Source: Armatimonadota bacterium
Lineage (GTDB): Bacteria; Armatimonadota; SYMT01
Assembly: GCA_046292385.1 (NCBI GenBank)
Contig: JBKBRF010000058.1
Location: 1 to 37,014 of the forward strand
Length of the DNA stretch: 37,014 nt
Direction: 5' to 3'
Positions 24,410-34,440 of the stretch are shown in pieces. The notes below the pieces were generated by a model. It did no database searches and was not told the origin of the DNA. It worked only from the letters and a program-made list of their open reading frames with translations. Numbering within the stretch: the first letter of the stretch is position 1; each line of letters starts with the position of its first letter. The position numbers were made by a program, and so were the translations under genes.

Positions 24410-25642
24410 GTGCTCCGGCTCCGCGGTCTCGTTCTGGCACTCACCCTTACGCTCGGCGGCCTCTCGGCGGCGGGGGCGGAGAACTGGCCCGGCTTCCGGG
24501 GTCCGCGCGGCGACGGCAGCAGCCAGGAGAAGGCGCTCCCCGTCACCTGGAGCGGGACGGAGAACTTGGCGTGGAAGACCGCCATTCCCGGCCGCGGGCA
24601 CGCCTCGCCGGTGGTCTGGGGCGACCGCCTCTTCCTCATCTCCGCGCTGGAGGACCGGGAAGAGCGGATCCTGCTCTCGCTCGACCGCAAGACCGGCAAG
24701 ATCCTCTGGCAGCGGACGGTCCTGAAGGCGCCGCTGGAGCGGATCCACGAGCTGAACAGCTACGCCTCCAGCACGCCGCTGACGGATGGCGAGCGGGTCT
24801 ACGTGAGCTTCCTGGACCGCGACCGCATGTTCGTCGCGGCGTACGATTTCGAGGGCAACCCGCTCTGGGAGGCGCGCCCCGGGCCGTTCGCCAGCGTGCA
24901 CGGCTACTGCAGCAGCCCGGTGCTCTACAAAGAGAGCCTGATCGTCAACGGCGACCACGACGGCGACGGCTTCCTGGTGGCGCTCGACCGTAAGACCGGG
25001 ACGACGCTCTGGAAGACCGCCCGGCCGAACAACACCCGCAGCTACTGCACGCCGATCATCCGGCAGGTGGAGGGCCGCCCGCTGCTGATGATGTCCGGCA
25101 GCAAGTGCGTGGCCGCCTACAACCCGGACGACGGAAAGCTGGAGTGGATCATGGACGGCCCCACGGAGCAGTTCGTGGCCGCACCGGTCTACAACGGCAA
25201 GCTGCTCTTCATCACCGCGGGGTACCCGGACAAGCACGTGGTGGCGATCCGCCCCACCGGCCGGGGCAAGCTGGGCGAGGACCAGATCGTCTGGCGCACC
25301 CGCCGCGGCGCCTCGTACGTCCCCTCGCCGATCCTCGCCGGCGAGTACCTGCTGGTGGTGGCGGACGGCGGCTTCGTGAGCTGCTGGTTGGCGGATACCG
25401 GCGAGCAGCTCTGGACGGAGCGCCTCGGCGGCGGCCACAGCTCCTCGCCGATCTTCGCGAACGGCCTGGTCTACTTCCAGAGCGACCGCGGCGTTACCAG
25501 CGTGCTGCGCCCCGGCCGGACCTTCGAGAAGGTCGCCGCCAACGAGCTGGGCGAGGAAACCTACGCCTCCCCGGTCCCGAGCCAGGGACAGCTCTTCCTG
25601 CGTGGCGTGAAGCACCTCTACGCCATCGGCGCCTCCAAATAG
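24410..25642 (+). CDS. Secreted PQQ-binding-like (BamB-like) beta-propeller protein, PVC-type
   Basis: GAGGTG RBS; signal peptide followed by ENWPGFRGP; WKTAIPGRGHASPVVWGD, NSYASSTP, SYVPSP, YASP. Confidence 0.88.
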   Translation: MLRLRGLVLALTLTLGGLSAAGAENWPGFRGPRGDGSSQEKALPVTWSGTENLAWKTAIPGRGHASPVVWGDRLFLISALEDREERILLSLDRKTGKILWQRTVLKAPLERIHELNSYASSTPLTDGERVYVSFLDRDRMFVAAYDFEGNPLWEARPGPFASVHGYCSSPVLYKESLIVNGDHDGDGFLVALDRKTGTTLWKTARPNNTRSYCTPIIRQVEGRPLLMMSGSKCVAAYNPDDGKLEWIMDGPTEQFVAAPVYNGKLLFITAGYPDKHVVAIRPTGRGKLGEDQIVWRTRRGASYVPSPILAGEYLLVVADGGFVSCWLADTGEQLWTERLGGGHSSSPIFANGLVYFQSDRGVTSVLRPGRTFEKVAANELGEETYASPVPSQGQLFLRGVKHLYAIGASK

Positions 25643-25663
25643 CCCCTTCCGGAGTCGATCAAC

Positions 25664-26944
25664 ATGTCACTCAAGCTGCTCGTCCTCCCGCTGGCCGCGG
25701 CACTCGCCGCCGCCCCGCTCCTCTCCGCCGGCGCGGCGGCGCCGCGGGAGCTGCCGCCCGTCTCCGAGCTGCCGGCGCGACCGGAGCTGCCGGACCCGCT
25801 GGTGATGCTGGACGGTCGCCGCGTCACCACCCGCGCGCAGTGGGAGAAGGAGCGGCGGCCGGAGCTGAAGCGACTCTTCGAGCACTACATGTACGGCGCC
25901 ATGCCGAAAGCGCCGAAGGTCCGCGCCACCGTGGAGCGAGAAGACCGCCAGGCGCTGGGCGGAAAGGCAACGCTGCGGGAGGTGACGCTGCGCTACGGAC
26001 CGGACGCCACCCCGCCGCTGCACCTGCTGGTCGTGGTGCCGAACAGCCGGAAAGGGCCCGCGCCCACTTTCCTGGGGCTCAACTTCTGCGGCAACCACGC
26101 CGTCCTGAATGATCCGAAGATCCGGCTGCCGGACGTCTGGATGTACCCGAACCGGAAGGGTGTGGTGAACAACCGCGCGACGGACGAGGGCCGCGGGTCG
26201 CAGGTCGACGTCTGGAACCTCGAGCAGTCGATCGACCGCGGCTACGCGGTCGCCACCTTCTACAGCGGCGACGTCGACCCGGACCGGCCGGACTTCACCG
26301 ACGGCGTCCACCCGCACTTCCTGCGCCCGGGCCAGACGGCCCCCGGCCCGCACGACTGGGGCACCATCGCCGCCTGGGCCTGGGGCTTCCACCGCGCCAT
26401 GGACCACCTGGTGACCGACCGCTCGATCGACCGCAAGCGGATCGCGGTGGTCGGGCACTCCCGCAACGGCAAGGCGGCGCTGCTGGCGGCGGCGTTCGAC
26501 GAGCGGATCGCGGCGGCGATCCCGCTTCAGGCCGGCTGCGGCGGCACCGCGCCGAGCCGCGGGACGGTGGGGGAATCGGTGGAGCGGATCAACACCAGCT
26601 TCCCGCACTGGTTCAACGACACGTTCCCGCTCTTCAACAAAGAGCCGCAGCGCCTGCCGTTCGACCAGCACTCGCTCGTAGCCCTGGTGGCGCCGCGCCC
26701 GGTGCTCTTCCCGAACGCCGTGGAAGACACCTGGGCCAACCCGGAGGGCCAGTTCGAGGTGCTGCGCGCCGCCGATCCGGTCTACCGCTTCCTCGAGGTG
26801 GAGGGCCTCGGCTCCCAGCAGATGCCCGCCGTCGGCACGCTGCTCAACAGCCGCCTCGGCTACTTCATCCGCCCCGGGCAGCACTCCATGGAGACCCAGG
26901 ACTGGCGAGCGTTCCTCGACTTCGCGGACCGCCACCTGAAGTAG
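25664..26944 (+). CDS. Secreted CE15 glucuronoyl-esterase-like alpha/beta hydrolase
   Basis: LPDPL...WEKERRPEL, WGTIAAWAWG, VVGHSRNGKAAL, LPFDQHSLVALVAPRP, DTWANPEG, IRPGQH. Confidence 0.88.
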   Translation: MSLKLLVLPLAAALAAAPLLSAGAAAPRELPPVSELPARPELPDPLVMLDGRRVTTRAQWEKERRPELKRLFEHYMYGAMPKAPKVRATVEREDRQALGGKATLREVTLRYGPDATPPLHLLVVVPNSRKGPAPTFLGLNFCGNHAVLNDPKIRLPDVWMYPNRKGVVNNRATDEGRGSQVDVWNLEQSIDRGYAVATFYSGDVDPDRPDFTDGVHPHFLRPGQTAPGPHDWGTIAAWAWGFHRAMDHLVTDRSIDRKRIAVVGHSRNGKAALLAAAFDERIAAAIPLQAGCGGTAPSRGTVGESVERINTSFPHWFNDTFPLFNKEPQRLPFDQHSLVALVAPRPVLFPNAVEDTWANPEGQFEVLRAADPVYRFLEVEGLGSQQMPAVGTLLNSRLGYFIRPGQHSMETQDWRAFLDFADRHLK

Positions 26945-26949
26945 GAGCC

Positions 26950-27316
26950 GGATTCACCGCAGAGACGCGGAGCACGCGGAGAGAACCCGAACCAGAATCC
27001 GAACCTGATTCACCGCAGAGGACGCGGAGAGCGCAGAGAGGACGCAGAGGGGAACCAGAGTGTTGGGCCTGATCCGCTTCACGAGCGCCGTACTGCGGCC
27101 CCGCACCGAACCTGACCCACCGCAGAGACGCGGAGAGCGCAGAGAGAGCCGGGACCAGAGGAATGCGGCCCGGCCCGCTTCACGAACGACGTACTACGGC
27201 CCCGCAGTTTCTCCTGCTGGTTCCCCTCTCTGCGTCCTTTGCGGTCTCCGCGGTAAGTCCGGCTCGGAGGTTCTCTCCGCGTCCTCTGCGTCTCTGCGGT
27301 GAAGAACGGTTCGGAA
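26950..27316. repeat. Composite palindromic element (CACCGCAGAG 9-mer-period family) between convergent genes
   Basis: Three forward (T/C)CACCGCAGAG(G)ACGCGGAG modules and two reverse modules; 27106-27159 is 53/54 identical to 32876-32929. Confidence 0.85.
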
Positions 27317-27320
27317 TGCC

Positions 27321-28694
27321 CTACGCCAGGATCTCCTTCGCCACCACGCCTTCCACGTCGGTGAGGCGGAAGTCGCGGCCGGAGTAGCGGTAGGTGAGCT
27401 TCTCGTGGTCGAGGCCGAGGAGGTGGAGGATCGTGGCGTGGAGGTCGTGGACGCTCATCGGCTTCTCCACCGCCTTGAAGCCGAACTCGTCGGTCGCGCC
27501 GTAGGTGTAGCCGCTCTTCACGCCGCCGCCGGCCATCCACATGCTGAAGCCGTAGTGGTTATGGTCGCGGCCGTTCCCGTTCTCGGAGACGGGGGTGCGG
27601 CCGAACTCGCCGCCCCAGATCACCAGGGTATCTTCCAGCAGGCCGCGCAGCTTGAGGTCCTGCACCAGGGCCGCCATCGGCTGGTCGATCTCCAGGCACT
27701 TCTTCTTGATCTCCACGTCGATATTGTCGTGGTGATCCCAGCCGCCGTTGGTGATCTGGACGAACCGCACGCCGTTCTCCACCAGCCGCCGCGCCAGCAG
27801 GCACGCCTTGGCGAAGCTGCCGTCGCCGTACTGCTGGCGGGTCGCCTCGCTCTCCTTCCGGAGATCGAAGGCGTCGCCCGCGGCGAACTGCATGCGGAAG
27901 GCGGTCTCCATCGCGCGGATGCGCGCGTCGAGGAGCGCGTCGCCGCCGCGCTGCTGCTGGTGCGCCGCGTTCAGCTTCTGCAGAAAGGCGAGCTGCCGCC
28001 GCTGCGCCTCGCGGTCGAGGCGGTTGTTCCGGAGGTGCGCGATCATCTTCTCCGGCTCGGTCTGGCCGAGGTCGATCGGCGTCCCCTGGTGCTCGCCCGG
28101 GAGGTAGCCGCTGCGCTGGACCGGCACGAAGGTGGAGCCGAGGGAGACGAAGCCGGGGAGGTCCTGGTTCTCCGTGCCGAGGCCGTAGCTGACCCACGCG
28201 CCGAGGGCGGGGTGGACCTGGTCGATGCGGCCGGAGACCATGAAGTTGATCGCCGGGCCGTGGTTCGGGTTGGAGGCGTGGACGGAGCGCAGCACGCAGA
28301 GGTCATCCGCGACGTTGCGCAGGTTGGGGAGCAGGTCGCTGATCTCGACCCCGCTCTTGCCGCAGCGCTCGAACGCGAACGGGGAGGGCAGCAGGGGGCC
28401 GGTGACCCGCTCGGTGCGCAGGTCGACGCTGCCGGGGCGCTGCCCCTCGTACTTCTTGATCGCCGGCTTCGGGTCGAGCATGTCGACGTGCGACGGGCCG
28501 CCGCTCATGAACATGAAGATGACCCGCTTCGCCTTCGGGGCAAAGTGGGGCTGGGGCAGGCCGCCGGTGGCCGCCGCCGCGGACTCGGCGTGGAGCAGGT
28601 CCGCCAGCGCGAGGCCGCCGAAGCCGAGGCCGACCCGCTGCAGCAGGCTGCGCCGGGAGAGAGAAGAGGCAGGGTTTCGGATCTCGTTACTCAT
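27321..28694 (-). CDS. DUF1501 domain protein with a Tat-like signal
   Basis: SRRSLL; PHFAPKAKRVIFMFMSGGPSHVD, CLLARRLVENGVRFVQ, WDHH, WGGEFGRTP, GRDH, VHDLHATIL, GRDFRLTDV. Confidence 0.92.
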   Translation of the reverse strand: MSNEIRNPASSLSRRSLLQRVGLGFGGLALADLLHAESAAAATGGLPQPHFAPKAKRVIFMFMSGGPSHVDMLDPKPAIKKYEGQRPGSVDLRTERVTGPLLPSPFAFERCGKSGVEISDLLPNLRNVADDLCVLRSVHASNPNHGPAINFMVSGRIDQVHPALGAWVSYGLGTENQDLPGFVSLGSTFVPVQRSGYLPGEHQGTPIDLGQTEPEKMIAHLRNNRLDREAQRRQLAFLQKLNAAHQQQRGGDALLDARIRAMETAFRMQFAAGDAFDLRKESEATRQQYGDGSFAKACLLARRLVENGVRFVQITNGGWDHHDNIDVEIKKKCLEIDQPMAALVQDLKLRGLLEDTLVIWGGEFGRTPVSENGNGRDHNHYGFSMWMAGGGVKSGYTYGATDEFGFKAVEKPMSVHDLHATILHLLGLDHEKLTYRYSGRDFRLTDVEGVVAKEILA

Positions 28695-28696
28695 GG

Positions 28697-31090
28697 TCAG
28701 TCCACAAAGAGAAGCTCGTTGCCGCAGAGCAGCGCCTGGGCCAGCGCGCTCCAGCCTTCTTTCGGGTTCGCGGGGTCACAGCTCTGGACCAGCCGCAGCG
28801 CTTCCGCCGCCTCGTCCGGGCGCGGGTCGCGCTGCAGCACCTGGCGGAAGAGGCGCCGCACCGGCTCGTCCGTGCCGCCGCCGGCCGCCGTCGCCTGCTC
28901 CGCCAGCCGGTCCGCGCAGCGCTGGATGAACGGGCTGTTCAGGAAGTAGAGCTGCTGGAGCGGCGTGGTGGTCGGCGTCCGCTGCTCCCCGTGCCGGTTG
29001 GCGTCCGGGAAGTCGAACAGCCGCAGGACGTCGGCGGGCCGCTGCCGGCTGACGCGGCCGTAGAGCGTTCGCCGCCGGTTGTCGCGGCTCTCCAGGTTGT
29101 CGGAAGGGCCGCCGACGGTCAGGTCGAGCTCGCCCGCCACCTGGAGGATCGTGTCTCGCCACGCCTCCACTTCCAGCCGGCGCGGGACCATCCGCCAGAG
29201 CCACTTGTTCTCCGCGTCCTTCGCGGAGTAGGCGGGGCGGTTGGCGCCGGACTGCCGGTACGCCGCGGAGAGCACGATCTCCCGGTGGAGCCACTTGAGC
29301 GACCACCCCGCGCGCACGAACCGGGCGGAGAGGTCGGTCAGCAGCTCCGGATGGCTCGGCTTCCCGCCCAGCCGGCCGAAGTTGCTGGGGGTATCGACCA
29401 GCGGCCGCCCGAAGTGCCAGCCCCACACCCGGTTCACGATCACCCGGGCGGTGAGCGGCGCGGCGTCGGTCAGCATCGCCTCCGCCAGGTCGAGGCGCCC
29501 GCTGCCGGGCCCGAACGACTTCGGCGCGCCGGGGGAGAGTACCGTGAGGAAGCGGCGCGGCACCGTCTCGCCCGGACGGCTCACGCTGCCGCGGATGAAG
29601 ACCGGCAGGTTCCGGGAGGCGCCGGGGCGGTAGTCCAGCTTCGTGCGGGCGGGGTCGTCCCCGTTCACCCAGAGGGCGGCATCGCGGACCACGTTCGCCA
29701 TCGGCGCGCCGATCCCCGGCGTCGCCTTCAGCTTCTCCAGCTCCGCCTCTTCTTTCGCGATCTCGTCCGCCAGCTTCTTCGCCCCGTCACCCTCGGCGCG
29801 CTCCAGGTCCCGCTTCTTGCGGCGCAGGTCGCGCTCCAGCTCGCGGAGACGCCGCTCCGCGCGGGCGAGCTGCTCCGCCTGCTCGTCCGGCATCTCGACC
29901 AGCGGCCGCTCCACGAGTTGGGTGCTCGCTATCACGCCGGCCAGCGCGTAGTAGTCTTTCGCGGAGATCGGGTCGAACTTGTGGTCGTGACAGCGGGCGC
30001 AGGCGACGGTGAGCCCCAGGAAGCCGCGGCTGACCGTGTCGAGGCGCTCGTCCCACTCGTCGGCGGCGATCGTCTCCACCACGTCGCGCGCCAGCATCAG
30101 CTCCTTGTGGTAGACGGGCGAGAGCCCGAGGAAGCCAAGCGCCGCGCGCTCCTCCACCGGCACGTCCGGCATCAGGTCGGCGGCGAGCTGGCGCGTCAGG
30201 AACTGGTCGTACGGCAGGTCGCGGTTGAGCGCGCTCACCACCCAGTCGCGGTAGCGCCAGGCATAGGCGGGCGGCTGGTTGGTCGCCTCGGAAGTCGGGT
30301 TGTCTTCCGCGTAGCGGGCCACGTCGAGCCAGTGACGGCCCCACCGCTCCCCGTACTGCGGCATGGCGAGGAGGCGGTCGACCAGCTTCTCGTAGGCGTC
30401 CGGCGACGAGTCGGCCTCGAACGCCTGCACTTCCTCGTAGGTCGGCGCCAGGCCGATCAGGTCGAAGTAGACGCGGCGGATCAGGGTGCGGCGGTCCGCT
30501 TCCGGCGAGGGGGTCATCCCCTGCTTCGCCAGCCCGGCCAGGATGAAGCCGTCCAGCTTCTTCCGCACCCAGGCGGGGTTGGCAACCTTCGGCGCGGGAA
30601 GCTCCCGCAGCGGCTGGAACGCCCAGTGCTTCCGCCCGAGCGTCAGGTCCTGCGGGTCCGGCGGCGTGGCTCCGGCGGCGGGCGCGGGGGTAGGGGCGCC
30701 CATGGCGACCCACTTCTCGAAGTTGGCGAGCACCGCGGCGGGGAGCTTCCCCTGCGGCGGCATCTTCACCACGCCCGGCTCGTGCCGCATCGCCTTCAGC
30801 AGGAAGCTCTGCGCCGGCTGCTCCTTATGGAAGAGCGGGCCGGAGGTGCCGCCCTTCCGAATGCCCGCCACGGTATCGAGCCGCAGCCCGCCCTGCTGGA
30901 GCTTCGCGCCGTGGCACGCGCCGCACTGCTCCACCAGCACCGGCCGGATCTTCGTCTCGAAGAATTCGATCCCTTTGGGATCGGGCGCGGGAGCGGGGGC
31001 ACTGGAGACCGGCGGCGCCCCGGCCGCCAGCAGCGAGACCAAGAGACCGAGGACCGGTGGGACGAGCAGAGGGATCAGGTCAGGCTTCAT
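28697..31090 (-). CDS. Planctomycete cytochrome c + DUF1549 + DUF1553 (PSD1) domain protein
   Basis: FFETKIRPVL..CGACHG, HWAFQP, LIRRVYFDLIGL, YGERWGRHWLDVARYAE, CARCHDHKFDPI, TARVIVNRVW, PSHPELL. Confidence 0.92.
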   Translation of the reverse strand: MKPDLIPLLVPPVLGLLVSLLAAGAPPVSSAPAPAPDPKGIEFFETKIRPVLVEQCGACHGAKLQQGGLRLDTVAGIRKGGTSGPLFHKEQPAQSFLLKAMRHEPGVVKMPPQGKLPAAVLANFEKWVAMGAPTPAPAAGATPPDPQDLTLGRKHWAFQPLRELPAPKVANPAWVRKKLDGFILAGLAKQGMTPSPEADRRTLIRRVYFDLIGLAPTYEEVQAFEADSSPDAYEKLVDRLLAMPQYGERWGRHWLDVARYAEDNPTSEATNQPPAYAWRYRDWVVSALNRDLPYDQFLTRQLAADLMPDVPVEERAALGFLGLSPVYHKELMLARDVVETIAADEWDERLDTVSRGFLGLTVACARCHDHKFDPISAKDYYALAGVIASTQLVERPLVEMPDEQAEQLARAERRLRELERDLRRKKRDLERAEGDGAKKLADEIAKEEAELEKLKATPGIGAPMANVVRDAALWVNGDDPARTKLDYRPGASRNLPVFIRGSVSRPGETVPRRFLTVLSPGAPKSFGPGSGRLDLAEAMLTDAAPLTARVIVNRVWGWHFGRPLVDTPSNFGRLGGKPSHPELLTDLSARFVRAGWSLKWLHREIVLSAAYRQSGANRPAYSAKDAENKWLWRMVPRRLEVEAWRDTILQVAGELDLTVGGPSDNLESRDNRRRTLYGRVSRQRPADVLRLFDFPDANRHGEQRTPTTTPLQQLYFLNSPFIQRCADRLAEQATAAGGGTDEPVRRLFRQVLQRDPRPDEAAEALRLVQSCDPANPKEGWSALAQALLCGNELLFVD

Positions 31091-31417
31091 CGGCAGGTGG
31101 CTCGGGAGGACACAACTACAACCCTGTCCGGCGGCTTCCTTCGACTTGGAGCCGGCGCGTAGACGTCGACACGTTCCAGATTAACAGGTTCCGAGGCCAG
31201 CCTGCCGGGGGCTAGCCGGAAACCTGCAAACATGCTAACCCGTTACCAGAGTCCCAGGCACCCGTTCGACTTCCGGGAGCGGACCGCCCCATCGTGCTGC
31301 ACCCGGGCGGCCGGCGTCAAGTCCGGCGCTCCACAGAGAAGGCGCGGCCATCTTCCCGGGTGAACGAGAGGCTACCTGTGGGCTCTTCCGCCACTGCTCT
31401 CTAGAACCGGGATTGCG

Positions 31418-32650
31418 ATGTTTCAGCCGATGTTCGTCCCGCCGCGTCATCACGCGGGGATCCACTGGTTCGCGCGGACCTTCGTCCCGCACCTGGGGCG
31501 GCTGTTCGGGAACGTCCACCGCCTTCACGCGGCCCCGGGCGACCTGGCCCGCCTGGAGGTGCTGCGGAGCCACCGGGCCATCCTCTCCCCGAACCACCCC
31601 ACGGAGACCGACCCGATCGTCGTCTTCTGGCTAGCGCGCAACCTGGGCCTGCGCTTCCACTATCTCGCCACACGGGAGACGCTGGAGGGCCCCCGCGGCT
31701 GGCTCCTCAACCGGATCGGGGTCTACTCCGTCATCCGCGGCTTTCCGGACCGGGAGTCGATCCGCATGACCCGCCGGCTGCTGGCGGAGGAAGACCGGCA
31801 GGTAGTGATCTTCCCGGAAGGGCTGGTCTACGAGCACAACGACCGCCTCCTCCACTTCCAGAGCGGCGTGGCGCAGATGGGGTTTTGGGCGCTGGATGAC
31901 CTGGCGAAGAACGGTAGGGATGCGCGCTTGCCGGTGGTGCCGCTCGCCATCAAGTACCACTGTCTGGCGCCCCCGGAGCCGGCGATGGAGCGGGGCCTCG
32001 CCGTGCTGGAGGCGAGGCTCGGCGTCCCGCCCAAGGGGAGCCGCTACGAGCGCCTCCGCCGGCTCGGCAGCCAGGTCGTCGCTACCCTGGAGCGGCAGGA
32101 GGGGCTGAAACCGGACGAGACGGTGGAGCTGACCGAGCGAATTGCGGTGGTCCGCCGCCGGGTGCTGGAGCGGGTCGCCCGCGCCATCGGCGCTTCGCTC
32201 GACGAGAGTCAGCCGCCGGGCGAGCAGCTCCACCTGCTCACCGTGCAGCTCCGGCAGTGGGCCGGCACCCTTCCAGAGCAGTCCTCCGCGTACGAGCAGC
32301 GTCTCCACCGTCAGAAGCTGTCGGAAGCGCTACCGCTCTACGCGGAGCTGGTGCGGCTGCACAACACCGTCGCCGTGACGGGGGACTACGTCGCCGCCGA
32401 GCCGACCGCCGAGCGCTTCCTGGAGGTGCTGGGCCGGCTGCAGAAGGAGGTCCTCGGCCGGGTTCTCCACCAGGCGCCGCTCGGGGCGATCGTGCGCGTC
32501 GGCGAGCCGATCTGGCTGGACGAGCGCTACCCCGCTTACCGCCAGAGCAAGCGGGAGACGGTAGCCGCCGTCACCGGTGAGATGCAGGAGAGCATCCGCG
32601 CGATGCTCCGCGAGCTCTCCGGAGCGGCAACGCCAATTACGCTGGAGTGA
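31418..32650 (+). CDS. PlsC-like glycerophospholipid acyltransferase (long form with helical insertion)
   Basis: NHPTETD (HxxxxD), GVYSVIRG, VIFPEG, PVVPLAIKY, VRVGEPI. Confidence 0.85.
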   Translation: MFQPMFVPPRHHAGIHWFARTFVPHLGRLFGNVHRLHAAPGDLARLEVLRSHRAILSPNHPTETDPIVVFWLARNLGLRFHYLATRETLEGPRGWLLNRIGVYSVIRGFPDRESIRMTRRLLAEEDRQVVIFPEGLVYEHNDRLLHFQSGVAQMGFWALDDLAKNGRDARLPVVPLAIKYHCLAPPEPAMERGLAVLEARLGVPPKGSRYERLRRLGSQVVATLERQEGLKPDETVELTERIAVVRRRVLERVARAIGASLDESQPPGEQLHLLTVQLRQWAGTLPEQSSAYEQRLHRQKLSEALPLYAELVRLHNTVAVTGDYVAAEPTAERFLEVLGRLQKEVLGRVLHQAPLGAIVRVGEPIWLDERYPAYRQSKRETVAAVTGEMQESIRAMLRELSGAATPITLE

Positions 32651-32658
32651 TCTCCGGG

Positions 32659-33119
32659 AGTCCGAACCGTGATTCACCACAGAGCACAGAGGGCACAGAG
32701 AGGGGGAACAGAGCTCTGGGCCTGGTCTGCTTTCCGAGTTCCTGCTGCGGCCCCGGTCCGAACCGTGATGCACCGCAGAGGACGCGGAGAGCACCAGAGG
32801 GGACGCAGAGGGGAACCAGAGGCTGAGCGGGAAGGGCCGGCTCCGCTTCACGAACACCGTACTTTCGGCACCGGTCCGAACCTGACTCACCGCAGAGACG
32901 CGGAGAGCGCAGAGAGAGCCGGGACCAGAATTCAACCGCCAAGACGCCAAGCTCGCCAAGAGGAACGGGCCTGCTACGCGTCTCGAGTGCCGCACAGTGA
33001 CCCCGGTGTCGCGCCCCTTCTGGTTCCTCTCTGCGTCCTTTGCGTTCTTGGCGGTGAATTCCTGTTCCGGTTCCTCTCTGTGTCCTCGGTGCGCTCCGTG
33101 GTGAATCACGGTTCGGACT
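32659..33119. mobile_element. MITE/REPIN-like ~460-bp element with perfect 22-bp terminal inverted repeats
   Basis: AGTCCGAACCGTGATTCACCAC (32659-32680) and GTGGTGAATCACGGTTCGGACT (33098-33119); internal modules shared with 26950-27316; no transposase and no clear target duplication. Confidence 0.65.
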
Positions 33120-34440
33120 ATGCCGCGGCTTCCTCCCGGCTGCGCTTGCGGAGGAGGATCCGCAGCGGGGTGCCGACGAAGCCGAAGGCGGCCCGGAGCT
33201 GGTTCTCCAGGTAGCGCAGGTAGGTCTCGTGGGAGATGTCCGGGTCGTTCACGAAGAGGACGATCGTGGGCGGCTTCACGCTCACCTGGGTGGCGTAGTA
33301 AACCTTGAACTCCCGGCCGCGGCGGGTGTAGGGGCGGCGGTCGACCGCTTCCCGCACCGCGTGGTTCAGCTCGCCGGTGGGGACCCGCAGCGCGTGGTTG
33401 TTCGCCACGTCGATGCACTCCTTCAACAGGTCGTCCAGGCCGCGCGCCTCCTCCGCGGAGCCGACGACGATCGGCGCGTACTTCAGGAACGGCATCTCAT
33501 CGCGGACCGTCTTCCCGAACTCCTTCGGCGTGAGGCCGGAGATCACGTCCCACTTGTTCACGAAGACCACGCACGCCTTGCCCGCCTCGTCGATCAGGCC
33601 GCCGACCCGCTTGTCGCCGTCCACCAGGCCCATGGAGGCGTCGACTACCAGGATCCCGACGTCGGAGCGCTCGATGGCGCGCTCGGCGCGAAGAACGGTG
33701 TAGAACTCGACGGAGCCCTGGATCTTCCCGGCGCGGCGGATGCCGGCGGTGTCGATCAGGGTGAACGGCTGGCCCTGGTACTCGAACGGCACGTCGACCG
33801 CGTCCCGGGTGGTGCCGGCGACGGGGCTCACGATCACCCGCTCCTCCCCCAGCAGCGCGTTCAGCAGCGACGACTTCCCCACGTTCGGCCGCCCGACGAT
33901 CGAGACGCGGATGCGGTCCTCGTCCTCATCCTCCGGCTCCTCCGGCGGCAGCCGCTTCACCACCTCGTCCAGCAGGTCGCCCACGCCGCGGCCGCTGTGA
34001 GAGGAGATGCAGCGCACCTCTCCCAGGCCCAGGTTGTAGAACTCGCTGCTGTTCGCCTCGACGCGGGGGTTGTCGGCCTTGTTCGCCACCAGCAGGATCG
34101 GGCGGCCGGAGCGGCGGAACACCTCCGCCACGTCCTCGTCGCCCGCCGTGAGGCCGTCTTTCGCGTCGACCAGGAAGAGGATCAGGTCCGCTTCCTCGAT
34201 GGCGACCTGTGCCTGGTTCTGGATGTGCTGGCCGAACGGGTCCTCCGCGGCCATGCCGAGGCCGCCCGTATCGACCACGGTGAATTCCCGGCCATTCCAG
34301 TCCGAGTGGCCGTAAACGCGGTCGCGGGTGATGCCCGGCGTGTCCTCCACGATGGCGACTCGCTCGCCCAGGAGACGGTTGAATAGCGTGGATTTCCCCA
34401 CGTTGGGGCGCCCCACGATGGCGACGATCGGTTTAGGCAT
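33118..34440 (-). CDS. der: Ribosome biogenesis GTPase Der (EngA)
   Basis: Two GRPNVGKS G-domains, DTGG and DTAG, NKAD and NKWD, C-terminal KH-like YYATQVSVKPPT. Confidence 0.97.
   Translation of the reverse strand: MPKPIVAIVGRPNVGKSTLFNRLLGERVAIVEDTPGITRDRVYGHSDWNGREFTVVDTGGLGMAAEDPFGQHIQNQAQVAIEEADLILFLVDAKDGLTAGDEDVAEVFRRSGRPILLVANKADNPRVEANSSEFYNLGLGEVRCISSHSGRGVGDLLDEVVKRLPPEEPEDEDEDRIRVSIVGRPNVGKSSLLNALLGEERVIVSPVAGTTRDAVDVPFEYQGQPFTLIDTAGIRRAGKIQGSVEFYTVLRAERAIERSDVGILVVDASMGLVDGDKRVGGLIDEAGKACVVFVNKWDVISGLTPKEFGKTVRDEMPFLKYAPIVVGSAEEARGLDDLLKECIDVANNHALRVPTGELNHAVREAVDRRPYTRRGREFKVYYATQVSVKPPTIVLFVNDPDISHETYLRYLENQLRAAFGFVGTPLRILLRKRSREEAAA

Noticed and set aside
18057..26944. Genes flanking the array as candidate novel Cas effectors
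   Set aside because: All have signal or anchor peptides and recognisable extracytoplasmic folds (SBBP/HYR, DUF1573, PQQ-like propeller, CE15); no RuvC, HNH, HEPN, RAMP or Cas1-like motifs seen.
32669..33214. ORFs with HRRDAESAE / FTAKNAKDAE / LCALRVSAV peptides (also 27060-27540)
   Set aside because: Translations of the 9-mer repeat element.
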